A DNA stretch of 64,000 bases. It comes from an uncultured Eubacteriales bacterium. Lineage in GTDB: Bacteria > Acidobacteriota > Aminicenantia > Aminicenantales > Aminicenantaceae. The stretch is from contig CAYFXE010000003.1 of assembly GCA_964347035.1 (NCBI GenBank), positions 17,570-81,569 of the forward strand. Direction: 5' to 3'. The notes beneath the pieces are model-generated. The model ran no database searches and was not told the origin of the DNA. It saw nothing but the letters and a program-made list of their open reading frames with translations. Of this stretch, positions 26,536 to 34,951 are shown piece by piece; within the stretch, counting starts at the first letter, position 1; each line of letters begins with the position of its first letter. The translations under genes and the position numbers were made by a program.

Positions 26536-27942
26536 ATGAAACGAAGGAATACATCTGTTCTCCTTCTTTTTGTCTCCAGTCTGCTCCTGATTGTTCTTAT
26601 CCAAGCCCGGGAAAATGAATCTTTCTTTGAATCTTCTTTCGATGGAGGTTGGGCAGGATTTATCCGCTTAACAACACAGTCCGGGAAAAGAGATTTCCCT
26701 GTGGTGTTTAACTTGAACTGCCAGGAGAAAGGGGGAATAGGATTTTCGGTTTTTCCAGATAGTCTCAAGACAGCACCGAATGGATTCGAGATTTACTCTT
26801 TGATGGATGTCCAAAAAAAAGGAAAGAAGCTGATACTGAAAGTTGAAACACCTGCCGAGACCTCTGGTATTGCCCAGAAAGGGAATTTTATCCACGCCTT
26901 TACCCTTAGATACAAAAAGGCCAAAGGATTCATCAAAGGAAACATGAAATCCACAGACCCTGATCTCAAAAAAGGAGTGGTCTTCCTTTATCCTCAAAGC
27001 GATGTCAAGACCCTTCAAAAGGCATGGCAGGGGAAGATCAAGATAAACCAGGTCAACACGCCGGTCATCCTCCAACTCATCCAGAAACAGTCTGTCGGCC
27101 AAGCTGGACTTGCTCAAGCTACGAGTGTTACTGGATCAGGCTCTGTCGGGGAAGACTTTGGTGTGGTAAAAAACGGCAGTTTCGATGGAACAAAATTCAC
27201 CGGCCAGTTGAACCTTCCCGACGAAACAGTAGCCTTTGATTTTGACCTCAAAGGGCTCTCACTAAAAGGGAAGATGAACGGCGCCACTTTTTCAGGGGGC
27301 GTGACCTTGAATCCTGCCGGGACGAAAGGCAAATTTCTTAAGGTGGATATGGCCTCACCGAGCGAATTGCTCCTTGGCAACAGCAATATTGTCGATATCG
27401 AGGGAGAAAATCTTTACAATGGTGTCGTTATCCATGTGGATGAAACCCAGATCGAGGTGGGGGCAGTAGAATTCGTCAATAGCAAAAAGATCATGGGGAG
27501 TCTGGTTCCTTCGGATAACCTCCCTGAAAACCAAAACGTCTCATTACTGGTCATAAATCCCGATGGACAGATCGTTGAGCTTGACAAAGCCTTTGTCACC
27601 AAGATGAAAGAAGACTCGACAACGGTAAGTTTTGCTCAGGATATTCAGCCTGTATTCAACCAGAACTGTGCCCTCTCTGGCTGTCATACAGGTTCTTTTC
27701 CGGCGGCTGGGTTGAATCTACAGAGCAGCCAGGCCTACAATAATATTGTCAATATTCCCAGCTCACAACGATCTTCTCTCAACCTGATCACTCCGTCTGA
27801 TCCTGATAACAGCTATTTGATCCGGAAGATCAAAGGCGAAGATATCTCCGGCTCCAGAATGCCTCTAAGCCGCTCAGCCTTGGACATGACTACGATCGCC
27901 ACCTTTGAAACCTGGGTGAGAGAAGGTGCTCAGAATAACTAA
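26536..27942 (+). CDS. Secreted protein with IPT/TIG-like segment and C-terminal CxxxxCH module
   Basis: Signal-like N-terminus (SVLLLFVSSLLLIVLIQA). The C-terminal FAQDIQPVFNQNCALSGCHTG...NSYLIRKIKGE...RMP resembles heme-c-like or PSCyt-like tails seen on many uncharacterised exported proteins. Confidence 0.5.
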   Translation: MKRRNTSVLLLFVSSLLLIVLIQARENESFFESSFDGGWAGFIRLTTQSGKRDFPVVFNLNCQEKGGIGFSVFPDSLKTAPNGFEIYSLMDVQKKGKKLILKVETPAETSGIAQKGNFIHAFTLRYKKAKGFIKGNMKSTDPDLKKGVVFLYPQSDVKTLQKAWQGKIKINQVNTPVILQLIQKQSVGQAGLAQATSVTGSGSVGEDFGVVKNGSFDGTKFTGQLNLPDETVAFDFDLKGLSLKGKMNGATFSGGVTLNPAGTKGKFLKVDMASPSELLLGNSNIVDIEGENLYNGVVIHVDETQIEVGAVEFVNSKKIMGSLVPSDNLPENQNVSLLVINPDGQIVELDKAFVTKMKEDSTTVSFAQDIQPVFNQNCALSGCHTGSFPAAGLNLQSSQAYNNIVNIPSSQRSSLNLITPSDPDNSYLIRKIKGEDISGSRMPLSRSALDMTTIATFETWVREGAQNN

Positions 27943-28002
27943 ACGCGGACGCGCCCTCTATTTTATCGACCGCAGATGAATCTCTTTCGAATATTGCCAT
28001 TA

Positions 28003-28802
28003 CTATTCGATAGTAACGTTCTCTAGATTTTCCTCAGGCTGGGGATAGTTCATCTTCAGCTTTTCCAGAGTATTGACAATGATTGTCCCAATGACTAGAT
28101 TGCGATACCATTTGCGATTCGCTGGAACGACATACCAGGGAGCCCAGTGCTTGTTTTACTCAGAACGTCTTCATAAGCCTTCATATATTTAGACCAGAGC
28201 TTACGTTCCTCGAGGTCTCCCAGCTTGAACTTCCAGCGTTTGTGAGGTGTGTCTAATCTAGCCTTGAAACGATTTTTCTGTTCGTCCAGGTCGATATTTA
28301 GGTAGAATTTAAGGATGGTCATTCCCTCTTCGGCCAGCATTTTTTCAAAAGCATTAATCTGTTCATAACGCCTGCGCCAAACCTTGGGAGGTACAAGGTT
28401 GTGCACCCGAACAACGAGGACATCCTCGTAGTGGCTCCGGTTGAAGATCGTTATCTCTCCCTTCCCAGGCACATGTTTGTGCACTCGCCACAGGTAGTCG
28501 TGATCCAGTTCCTCGGGTGTCGGAACCTTAAAGCTGGCGACCTTTACGCCCTGAGGATTGACTCCTTCAAAAACATGACGGATGGTTCCGTCTTTACCTC
28601 CTGTATCCATAGCCTGCAGAACAATCAGGACCCTGTGTTTATGCTGCGCATAAAGCATCTCTTGAAGCTCTTCCAGTTTCATGTTCAAACCTAAAATTTT
28701 TTCCCTCGCTTCCGTTTTCTTCCCTTTGAATTCGCTTTTATCATTAGGATCCCATTGGCCTAAATCGATTTTCTTTCCCGGCTTAATCCGATACCGATCC
28801 AT
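28003..28802 (-). pseudogene. ppk2: Polyphosphate kinase 2 (PPK2) with a 1-nt frameshift near the C-terminus
   Basis: ORF 28095..28802 carries VLIVLQAMDTGGKDGTIRHVF (the PPK2 P-loop). It loses homology after ...LSKTST. The conserved continuation HWAPWYVVPANRKWYRNLVIGTIIVNTLEKL... is read in another frame down to the stop at 28003-28005. The switch point is near 28146-28158. Confidence 0.7.
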
Positions 28803-28906
28803 TGTCTCTCCTTTCCTCTGATTTTGATGTCATTTTGTTGAGTTTATCCCTAAAAATAGGTTGTCCTTTGATATACCATAGGACATAATTCTGTTCAATT
28901 GGTTGA

Positions 28907-28941
28907 TTCAGTTATCAGTTGCCAGCTCTCAGTTCATCAGT
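28907..28941 (+). promoter_or_regulatory. CAGTT-repeat motif cluster (TTCAGTTATCAGTTGCCAGCTCTCAGTTCATCAGT), candidate activator binding site
   Basis: It contains CAGTTATCAGTT (28909-28920), identical to the reverse complement of 61093-61104. TCATCAGT (28934-28941) is mirrored by ACTGATGA (28985-28992). It lies about 135-170 nt upstream of the sigma54 promoter at 29076. Confidence 0.35.
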
Positions 28942-29075
28942 AATAATTAAATCCTTTCTTGGACCGAAAGCTGAGACCTGTGTCACTGATGATACTGTCT
29001 GTCTCCAAATATGGCAATTGACCTTTATGAGGTACAATTCGGGACCAAGCAGATTCTTCTTACCCTAAGATCATT

Positions 29076-29091
29076 TGGCACGTGGCTTGCA
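29076..29091 (+). promoter_or_regulatory. Sigma54 (-24/-12) promoter TGGCAC-GTGGC-TTGCA
   Basis: Exact match to the TGGCAC-N5-TTGCW consensus, about 77 nt upstream of the ATG at 29168. Confidence 0.6.
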
Positions 29092-29167
29092 GTTCTGTCC
29101 AAGTAGCCCTGTAATCGTCAGAGGGAAGAAATAGACTTTGAAGGAAAATCTAGAGGGAGGTTTCTTG

Positions 29168-29881
29168 ATGAAAGAATTGAGTCTATTCGCAGCCGTATGC
29201 CTGATTTTCTTCTTGGTCGTGTCTTCAGGGTATTCACTGGAAAGATTTCAAGCGAATGCCAATTTTGATCTCGGATTTCCGCAGGATGAGTTCAAAGAGA
29301 ATGTGGACAGAACCAGTATTGGCGGCATGGGATTTTTTATCTATAAAATTCCTCGGTCTCCTCTACGGGTCGGTCTCTCTCTTGGGCTCCAGGTCTATGG
29401 AAACGAGACAAGAGAAGAACCCATAAGCTCGGCCATTCCTGATGTCTTTGTCGATGTCAAGACAAGAAACTATATGTTGATGTGTCATCTTCTATTACGT
29501 ATTCAGCCTAAGGAAGGGAGATTGCTTCCGTATTTCGATGGACTGGTCGGATTCCATTACTTGTGGACACAAACAGGCATCTACAGCCAAAGCGGACTCG
29601 GTCTTAACAAGGTGGCAAGTACTGTCCATTTGAGTGATACTGCCTTGAGTTATGGTGCTGGTGGCGGTCTGATGGTGCGCGTCTATGAAAAGAGAGGAGA
29701 TAAAAGTAAATCGACGATCAGGGTTTATACGGACTTTGGGATTCGTTACTTAAAGGGAGGGAAGGCCGAGTATATGCGGGAAGGCTCAATACTCTTGGAG
29801 GACGATAGGCTCGTGTATGATATTAGGGAATCGAAAACGAATATCATCATGACGTATATTGGCGTCACCTTCGCATTCTAA
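29168..29881 (+). CDS. Outer-membrane beta-barrel-like protein
   Basis: Signal peptide MKELSLFAAVCLIFFLVVSSGYS, alternating beta-strand-like pattern, and a terminal aromatic signature ...YIGVTFAF. The ATG at 29168 has a GGAGG Shine-Dalgarno sequence 7 nt upstream. The ORF-track TTG start at 29138 is less likely. Confidence 0.55.
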   Translation: MKELSLFAAVCLIFFLVVSSGYSLERFQANANFDLGFPQDEFKENVDRTSIGGMGFFIYKIPRSPLRVGLSLGLQVYGNETREEPISSAIPDVFVDVKTRNYMLMCHLLLRIQPKEGRLLPYFDGLVGFHYLWTQTGIYSQSGLGLNKVASTVHLSDTALSYGAGGGLMVRVYEKRGDKSKSTIRVYTDFGIRYLKGGKAEYMREGSILLEDDRLVYDIRESKTNIIMTYIGVTFAF

Positions 29882-29988
29882 CAGGCGAGAGATCGAGTGA
29901 AATTGGAGGCCTGATCGGATCATATATGAGAGGGAGCTGAATAGTTCATCGAATATCTGCTAGATGTTGCAGCTTATATTCAATAAGG

Positions 29989-30942
29989 CTAAAATCTGAA
30001 ATGACCGTCCTTCATAATGTATTTTCCCTTGGCCTTGATCGTAACTTTTTTGACAAGGGCATCGTAATGATGGGAGCTTCTGTTCTTTCCCAAGCCGTAG
30101 GAATCACCGATGGCAAAATGGGCAGTCCCGAAGGCTTTTTCCGCTTCCAACATATTCGCGGTCAGCCGGGCGCGAGGGTTGGTTCCGATGCCGAATTCAC
30201 CGATCGTCCGGCCGGTTTCATCGCGGCCTATAGTCTTTAGAATGGCCTCGATGCCTTTTCCTCTCGATCGTACTAACTTTCCCTGCTCAAACTCCATCAC
30301 CCCGCGGCCCAGTTTGTCGTCGATTAGACTGATAACCAGTTGGCCAGTAAACGTTTTCTCAACAGGGGCTGTAAAACATTCCCCGGCAGGAAGGTTTCCG
30401 TGTTCTCCTTTGCGGCTGATGTCGCCGTTATCGTTAACCCATTTTCGTCCTTTGACGCTGAATGTAATTTTCGTCCCTTCTGGATTCTCCACCAAAACAT
30501 CATCGGCATTGTTCAGTGCTTTGATGACTCTCTTCGTGAACATGTCCATTTTTTTAAAGTCGATGTTGACCAGACGTTCCATCATTTCCTGGGTTATCCC
30601 GGGCATCATACAGATGCGGCTGTTTCTCATCCCAACCTTAACCATGTATCCTCGGAAGGGTTTTTCCTCGATCCGAGCATCAAGCATGTAGGCGATGCAG
30701 GTGGCCTTGTCTGCCATTTCCTCGAAAAGGCGGGTGGGCTGGGTGATCGGTCTGAGAGTCTCAGTCATGAAATAAGTGGTGGTTTCGGCTCCGCTTTGTT
30801 TGGCCCAATATGCGAGAGCTTCGGCAATCTTCATCTTTTCTCGATCCGTGACGAGTAAGAAATGCTCTCGGCTCCGCAGTCGAAGGGATTGCTTAATGGC
30901 CCTTTCAGCGGCCTTATAAAGCCTTGTCATCCTCATTGTCAT
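29989..30942 (-). CDS. Aminopeptidase (M29/AmpS-like family)
   Basis: GEFGIGTNPRARL and GTAHFAIGDSYG motifs. The start is chosen at MTMRMTRLYK (30942; 30936 or 30930 are also possible). The ORF-track start at 31071 overlaps ppiD. Confidence 0.65.
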   Translation of the reverse strand: MTMRMTRLYKAAERAIKQSLRLRSREHFLLVTDREKMKIAEALAYWAKQSGAETTTYFMTETLRPITQPTRLFEEMADKATCIAYMLDARIEEKPFRGYMVKVGMRNSRICMMPGITQEMMERLVNIDFKKMDMFTKRVIKALNNADDVLVENPEGTKITFSVKGRKWVNDNGDISRKGEHGNLPAGECFTAPVEKTFTGQLVISLIDDKLGRGVMEFEQGKLVRSRGKGIEAILKTIGRDETGRTIGEFGIGTNPRARLTANMLEAEKAFGTAHFAIGDSYGLGKNRSSHHYDALVKKVTIKAKGKYIMKDGHFRF

Positions 30943-31000
30943 TTCCTTGATTATAGTGGATTGTGGCTCAGGACCTTCCCGAGATAGAGAAGGAAGAAGG

Positions 31001-32932
31001 TCATTCTCCTTCAAAGCGCGACAGGACGTCGGAGTTGATTTTAAGAAAAAGATCGTATTTAATCTTGACACCCTTCGAGTTCCTTAATTTGAGCAGGTAG
31101 GACTGGAGAAATCTATTCTTATGTTCTGCGAGAAGAGTGTCTTTTTCTTCTTTTTTCTTCGTTTCGAAATCTTCTCGGGTCACCTCTGTGCGGTCCAAAA
31201 CTCTTAGCAGGGCATATCCAGTATCGAACTCTACGGGTTCGCTTGGTTCTCCGATCGGCAGAGAAAAAGCCAAGCGGTCCACATCTTCATTCTCACCAAC
31301 TGTACTCAAATACTGTCCGCGCTTATGCTCCTCCGCTGTTTTAAATTCAAGGTCATATGTTTTTGCCAGCGTTTCTAGATCTGTCCTGGTAAGCTCCTGT
31401 TTGATCTTTTGAATTATCTCTAGGGTTTTCTCCTTTTTCTTGACAGTTATCAGTCCTTCTTTGGCTTCTTCACGAGCCTCTTCGAACACGGCTTGATGTG
31501 AGGGGGCAATGTTTTTAAGCTGAGCAATACCCAGACCTTTATAAGTGTAAACGAGATCAGAAATCTCTGTTTCTTCGAGTTTGAAGAGCGCCTGACTGAT
31601 CGTTCCGGAAGGATCGATCTCCTTGATTTCCTCGCCTTGTTTGACGAGTCCTGTTTGTCGAATCTTCAAGCCCATTTTTTGAGCCGCCACATCCAGGTTT
31701 TTCTCCTTCCTTACCTGTTTTTCTAGATGGGACATTCTCCTCTCAGCGAGGTCGCGGGCCTGTTGATCTTCAAGGATAGTAACAATCTTTTCCTTGACTT
31801 CTTGAAGAGGTTTTGTCACAGCCGCCTCTTTTTCGGTGACCTTGAGGAGAGAGAGGCCTTCTTCAAGTTCGATGAGCTCAGAGGATTCCCCCGATTCCAA
31901 CCTTTCGACTTCTTTCCTTTCCTGGGGAGAAAGTCTTTTCCAATCCATAAGGCCCCAATCGCCCCCGTCCTTTGCTTTTTCATCCTCGGAATGGGCTCTG
32001 GCCAATGCGGCAAAATCTTCTCCGGCACGTATCTTTTCCAGGAGACTTTGAGCCTCAGCCCGAACAAGACCAGGGTCCTTGTCCTCATACGGAAGATAGA
32101 TTCGGCTGACCTTGATTTTTTCCGGCTCTTCGAATTGTTCGAGATTGTCTTTGTAGTATTTTTCGATCTCCGAATCTTTGACTTCGACTTCCTCCTTCAA
32201 GTCGTCTGTCTGGAGAAAGACAAAAATCCCTTCTCTTTTTTCTGGCACCTGAAATTTTTCCTTGTTCTTCTCATAATAGGCTTGAATCTCCTCGACCGAA
32301 GGATCCTCTTGTAGTTCAATCTGATTTGTCTCTCCCAGCACGTATTCCAGCTTGGCACTCTCGTTTCTTTTTTTATAATTTTCCCAGATTTCGTCTTCGG
32401 TCACGGCGACCCCGGCTGTAAGCACCTTGATCAGCTTATCGATGACGACTTCTTTTTGAAGACTTTGTTCGAATCTGGAGATGGAAATCCTGTTGTACTC
32501 AAGAATCCTTTTGTACTGTTCGAAACCGATAAATTTTCCATCCTGCAAAAATACAGGATAGCTCATGATTTTTTCCCGGATCTCCTCAGGAGTAGCGACG
32601 ATGCCCATGTCCTGAGCCGTTTGAAGCAGAAGCTCTTGTTGGATGATCTGTTCTAGAACCTGCTGGGGTATGTTGAGCTGTTGGATAAAGTTGCGGTTGA
32701 GTTCCTTGAATTCTCTCTGAAGCGTCTCCAGGCGCTGCCTAAGATTTTGAAAATAGACATCCGCCGATATCTTTTCCTTCCCGACCCAGACAATTGTGTT
32801 GGTTGCCCGAGACCCTCCTGATCCTCCGACACCCCCTCCCCAGACCGCAAAGATGGTGATGATAAAGGCAGCTATGACAATCCAAAGAGTGGGAGCTAGT
32901 TGTTTTACATTTTTTCGCATTGTTTTTAACAT
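31001..32932 (-). CDS. ppiD: Periplasmic chaperone / peptidyl-prolyl isomerase PpiD-like (SurA N-terminal domain plus parvulin-like domain)
   Basis: N-terminal anchor MRKNVKQLAPTLWIVIAAFIITIFAVWG, a long chaperone region, and a degenerate parvulin segment (VSRIYLPYED...AGEDFAALARAHSED...GGDWGLM). Confidence 0.7.
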   Translation of the reverse strand: MLKTMRKNVKQLAPTLWIVIAAFIITIFAVWGGGVGGSGGSRATNTIVWVGKEKISADVYFQNLRQRLETLQREFKELNRNFIQQLNIPQQVLEQIIQQELLLQTAQDMGIVATPEEIREKIMSYPVFLQDGKFIGFEQYKRILEYNRISISRFEQSLQKEVVIDKLIKVLTAGVAVTEDEIWENYKKRNESAKLEYVLGETNQIELQEDPSVEEIQAYYEKNKEKFQVPEKREGIFVFLQTDDLKEEVEVKDSEIEKYYKDNLEQFEEPEKIKVSRIYLPYEDKDPGLVRAEAQSLLEKIRAGEDFAALARAHSEDEKAKDGGDWGLMDWKRLSPQERKEVERLESGESSELIELEEGLSLLKVTEKEAAVTKPLQEVKEKIVTILEDQQARDLAERRMSHLEKQVRKEKNLDVAAQKMGLKIRQTGLVKQGEEIKEIDPSGTISQALFKLEETEISDLVYTYKGLGIAQLKNIAPSHQAVFEEAREEAKEGLITVKKKEKTLEIIQKIKQELTRTDLETLAKTYDLEFKTAEEHKRGQYLSTVGENEDVDRLAFSLPIGEPSEPVEFDTGYALLRVLDRTEVTREDFETKKKEEKDTLLAEHKNRFLQSYLLKLRNSKGVKIKYDLFLKINSDVLSRFEGE

Positions 32933-32997
32933 CGTCTTACCTCAATTTTTTTTTATTTATTCCCTTTAGTATCAATCCGTAAAAAAAAAAGGATCCA

Positions 32998-34143
32998 TCA
33001 GTCTCTCTTTATAAGATATCTCGAAATAACTAGGCGCTGGATTTCGGAAGTGCCTTCGTAGATAGAAAACACCCGAGCATCTCTGTAGAGCTGTTCGATG
33101 AGGAACTCTCTGGAGTAGCCGTAGCCTCCATGGATTTGGAGAGCTTGATAGACAGTTTTGTTGGCGGCTTCTGAGGCAAAAAGCTTGGCCATCGCAGATT
33201 CTTTTCCGAAGGGCTCCCCCCTATCGCATAAATCAGCGGCTTTATAAGTCAACAATCGAGCCGCTTCGATCTGGGTCGACATATCGGCGATCATGAATTG
33301 AATCGCCTGAAATTCAGAGATTTTCTTGCCGAAAGCTTCTCTTTGTTTGGCATACCGAACGGCCTCGTCCAAAGCCTGGGCGGCCAGGCCCACAGACTGA
33401 GCTGCGACTCCGATTCTGGATCCATCCAAACAGTGTAAGGCTATTGAGGCTCCTTTTCCTTCCTCACCCAGGAGATTTTCGACTGGAACTTGACAATCCT
33501 CGAGGACAATATCGGAGGTAACAGAGGAATGAAGCCCCATTTTCTCTTCGATTTTAGAAATCCGCACTCCTGGGAAATTCCTATCGACGATGAATGCGTT
33601 TAGTTTTTGAACACCTGGCTCGACCTCGGCCTGAGCAAACAGGATAAAAACATCCGCATCATTGCCCGAAGTGACCCAAGCCTTTGTTCCGTTTATAAGA
33701 TAAATGTCGCCTCGTTTAAAAGCCTTGGTCTTGAGGCTGGTGACATCAGAGCCTATGCCTGGCTCGGTTAGACTAAATGCTCCCAAGATCTCTCCTCTTG
33801 CTGCACCGGGGAGGTATTTTTTCTTCTGCTCTTCGCTTCCAAATCTGAGTATGGCGTAACAGAATAATGAGCAATGGACGCTGACAATCACAGCCATAGA
33901 AGCAGAGGCTCTTCCGATCTCTTCTAGGGCCAAAACCAGAGAGAGTGCACCTGTTTTTGTGCCTTCGTATTCAGAGGGAATGGTCATCCCGAGTATTCCG
34001 AGCGAGGATAATTTTTTCAGCAGATCATGGGGAAACTGATGGTTTTCTTCTAATTCTCTAGCTTTTGGTCGGATTTCCTTTTGGGCAAAATCCCTGACCA
34101 TATCCTTGAGTAATTTTTGATCTTCAGTCAGCTCGAAATTCAC
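32998..34143 (-). CDS. Acyl-CoA dehydrogenase (short/medium-chain type)
   Basis: The full ACAD fold pattern is present, including GAFSLTEPGIGSD and QIHGGYGYSREFLIEQLYRDARVFSIYEGTSEIQ. Confidence 0.9.
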   Translation of the reverse strand: MNFELTEDQKLLKDMVRDFAQKEIRPKARELEENHQFPHDLLKKLSSLGILGMTIPSEYEGTKTGALSLVLALEEIGRASASMAVIVSVHCSLFCYAILRFGSEEQKKKYLPGAARGEILGAFSLTEPGIGSDVTSLKTKAFKRGDIYLINGTKAWVTSGNDADVFILFAQAEVEPGVQKLNAFIVDRNFPGVRISKIEEKMGLHSSVTSDIVLEDCQVPVENLLGEEGKGASIALHCLDGSRIGVAAQSVGLAAQALDEAVRYAKQREAFGKKISEFQAIQFMIADMSTQIEAARLLTYKAADLCDRGEPFGKESAMAKLFASEAANKTVYQALQIHGGYGYSREFLIEQLYRDARVFSIYEGTSEIQRLVISRYLIKRD

Positions 34144-34175
34144 GTCTGTCCCTTTTTGTCTTTTATTGTGTCTAT

Positions 34176-34676
34176 TTATGGACGGGTTTTCCTCTCCTTT
34201 TCGAAGAGGGGGAACAGCCTTTCATAGGTAGTCTCCAATCCTTCTATGATGACCTTTGTCCTGCTGACGATAGGCATAAAATTTGAATCTCCTGTCCAAC
34301 GGGGAAGAACATGAAGGTGGAAATGATCAGTGACTCCAGCCCCGGCACTCCGGCCAAGATTCATTCCTGTGTTAAAACCGTGTGGCTGATAGTTTTTCTT
34401 GAGCACTTTCAGGCTTAATTTCAGAAGGTCGGTCATCTCATCGGTGGTTTCCTTCTTTGATCGTTCGAATGAGGAGATGTGTTTGTACGGAGCAATCATT
34501 AGATGCCCAGGTGTGTAAGGGTATTTGTTGAGCATGATGAAGTTGTGTTTCCCTCTAAACAGGATGTAAGCCTTTTTGTCGTGTTTATGCTTGAGTGCCT
34601 GGCAGAAAATACATTCGTTCATCTGACATACGTTCCTAACATACTCCTCTCGCCACGGGGCTTCGATGTATTCCAT
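34176..34676 (-). CDS. HIT-family nucleotide hydrolase/transferase
   Basis: Histidine triad HFHLHVLPR, with an N-terminal CIFC zinc-like motif. Confidence 0.8.
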   Translation of the reverse strand: MEYIEAPWREEYVRNVCQMNECIFCQALKHKHDKKAYILFRGKHNFIMLNKYPYTPGHLMIAPYKHISSFERSKKETTDEMTDLLKLSLKVLKKNYQPHGFNTGMNLGRSAGAGVTDHFHLHVLPRWTGDSNFMPIVSRTKVIIEGLETTYERLFPLFEKERKTRP

Positions 34677-34951
34677 TATTCATTAATCATATTTTTCAAT
34701 AATTTGCTCGGTTTGAAATACAAGACTTTTTTAGGAGGAACCTCCACTGGCTCCCCAGTTCGTGGGTTTCTCCCCGAACGGGCCCCTCTGTCTCGAAAAC
34801 GAAAACTCCCGAAGCCTCTTAGTTCGATTTCTTCACCTCTCAGGATGGCTTCTTTTATGGTGCTAAAAAAAAGATTAACGCCAGTCTCTGCTTCCTGTTT
34901 GGAGATATTCATTTCCTTGGCAATTTTGTTGACTAAATCTACCTTAATCAT
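34676..34951 (-). CDS. HU/IHF-family DNA-binding protein (IHF-beta-like by synteny with rpsA)
   Basis: RGFGSFRFRDRGARSGRNPRTGEPVEV beta-arm motif. The position immediately downstream of rpsA matches the classic rpsA-ihfB arrangement. Confidence 0.8.
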   Translation of the reverse strand: MIKVDLVNKIAKEMNISKQEAETGVNLFFSTIKEAILRGEEIELRGFGSFRFRDRGARSGRNPRTGEPVEVPPKKVLYFKPSKLLKNMINE

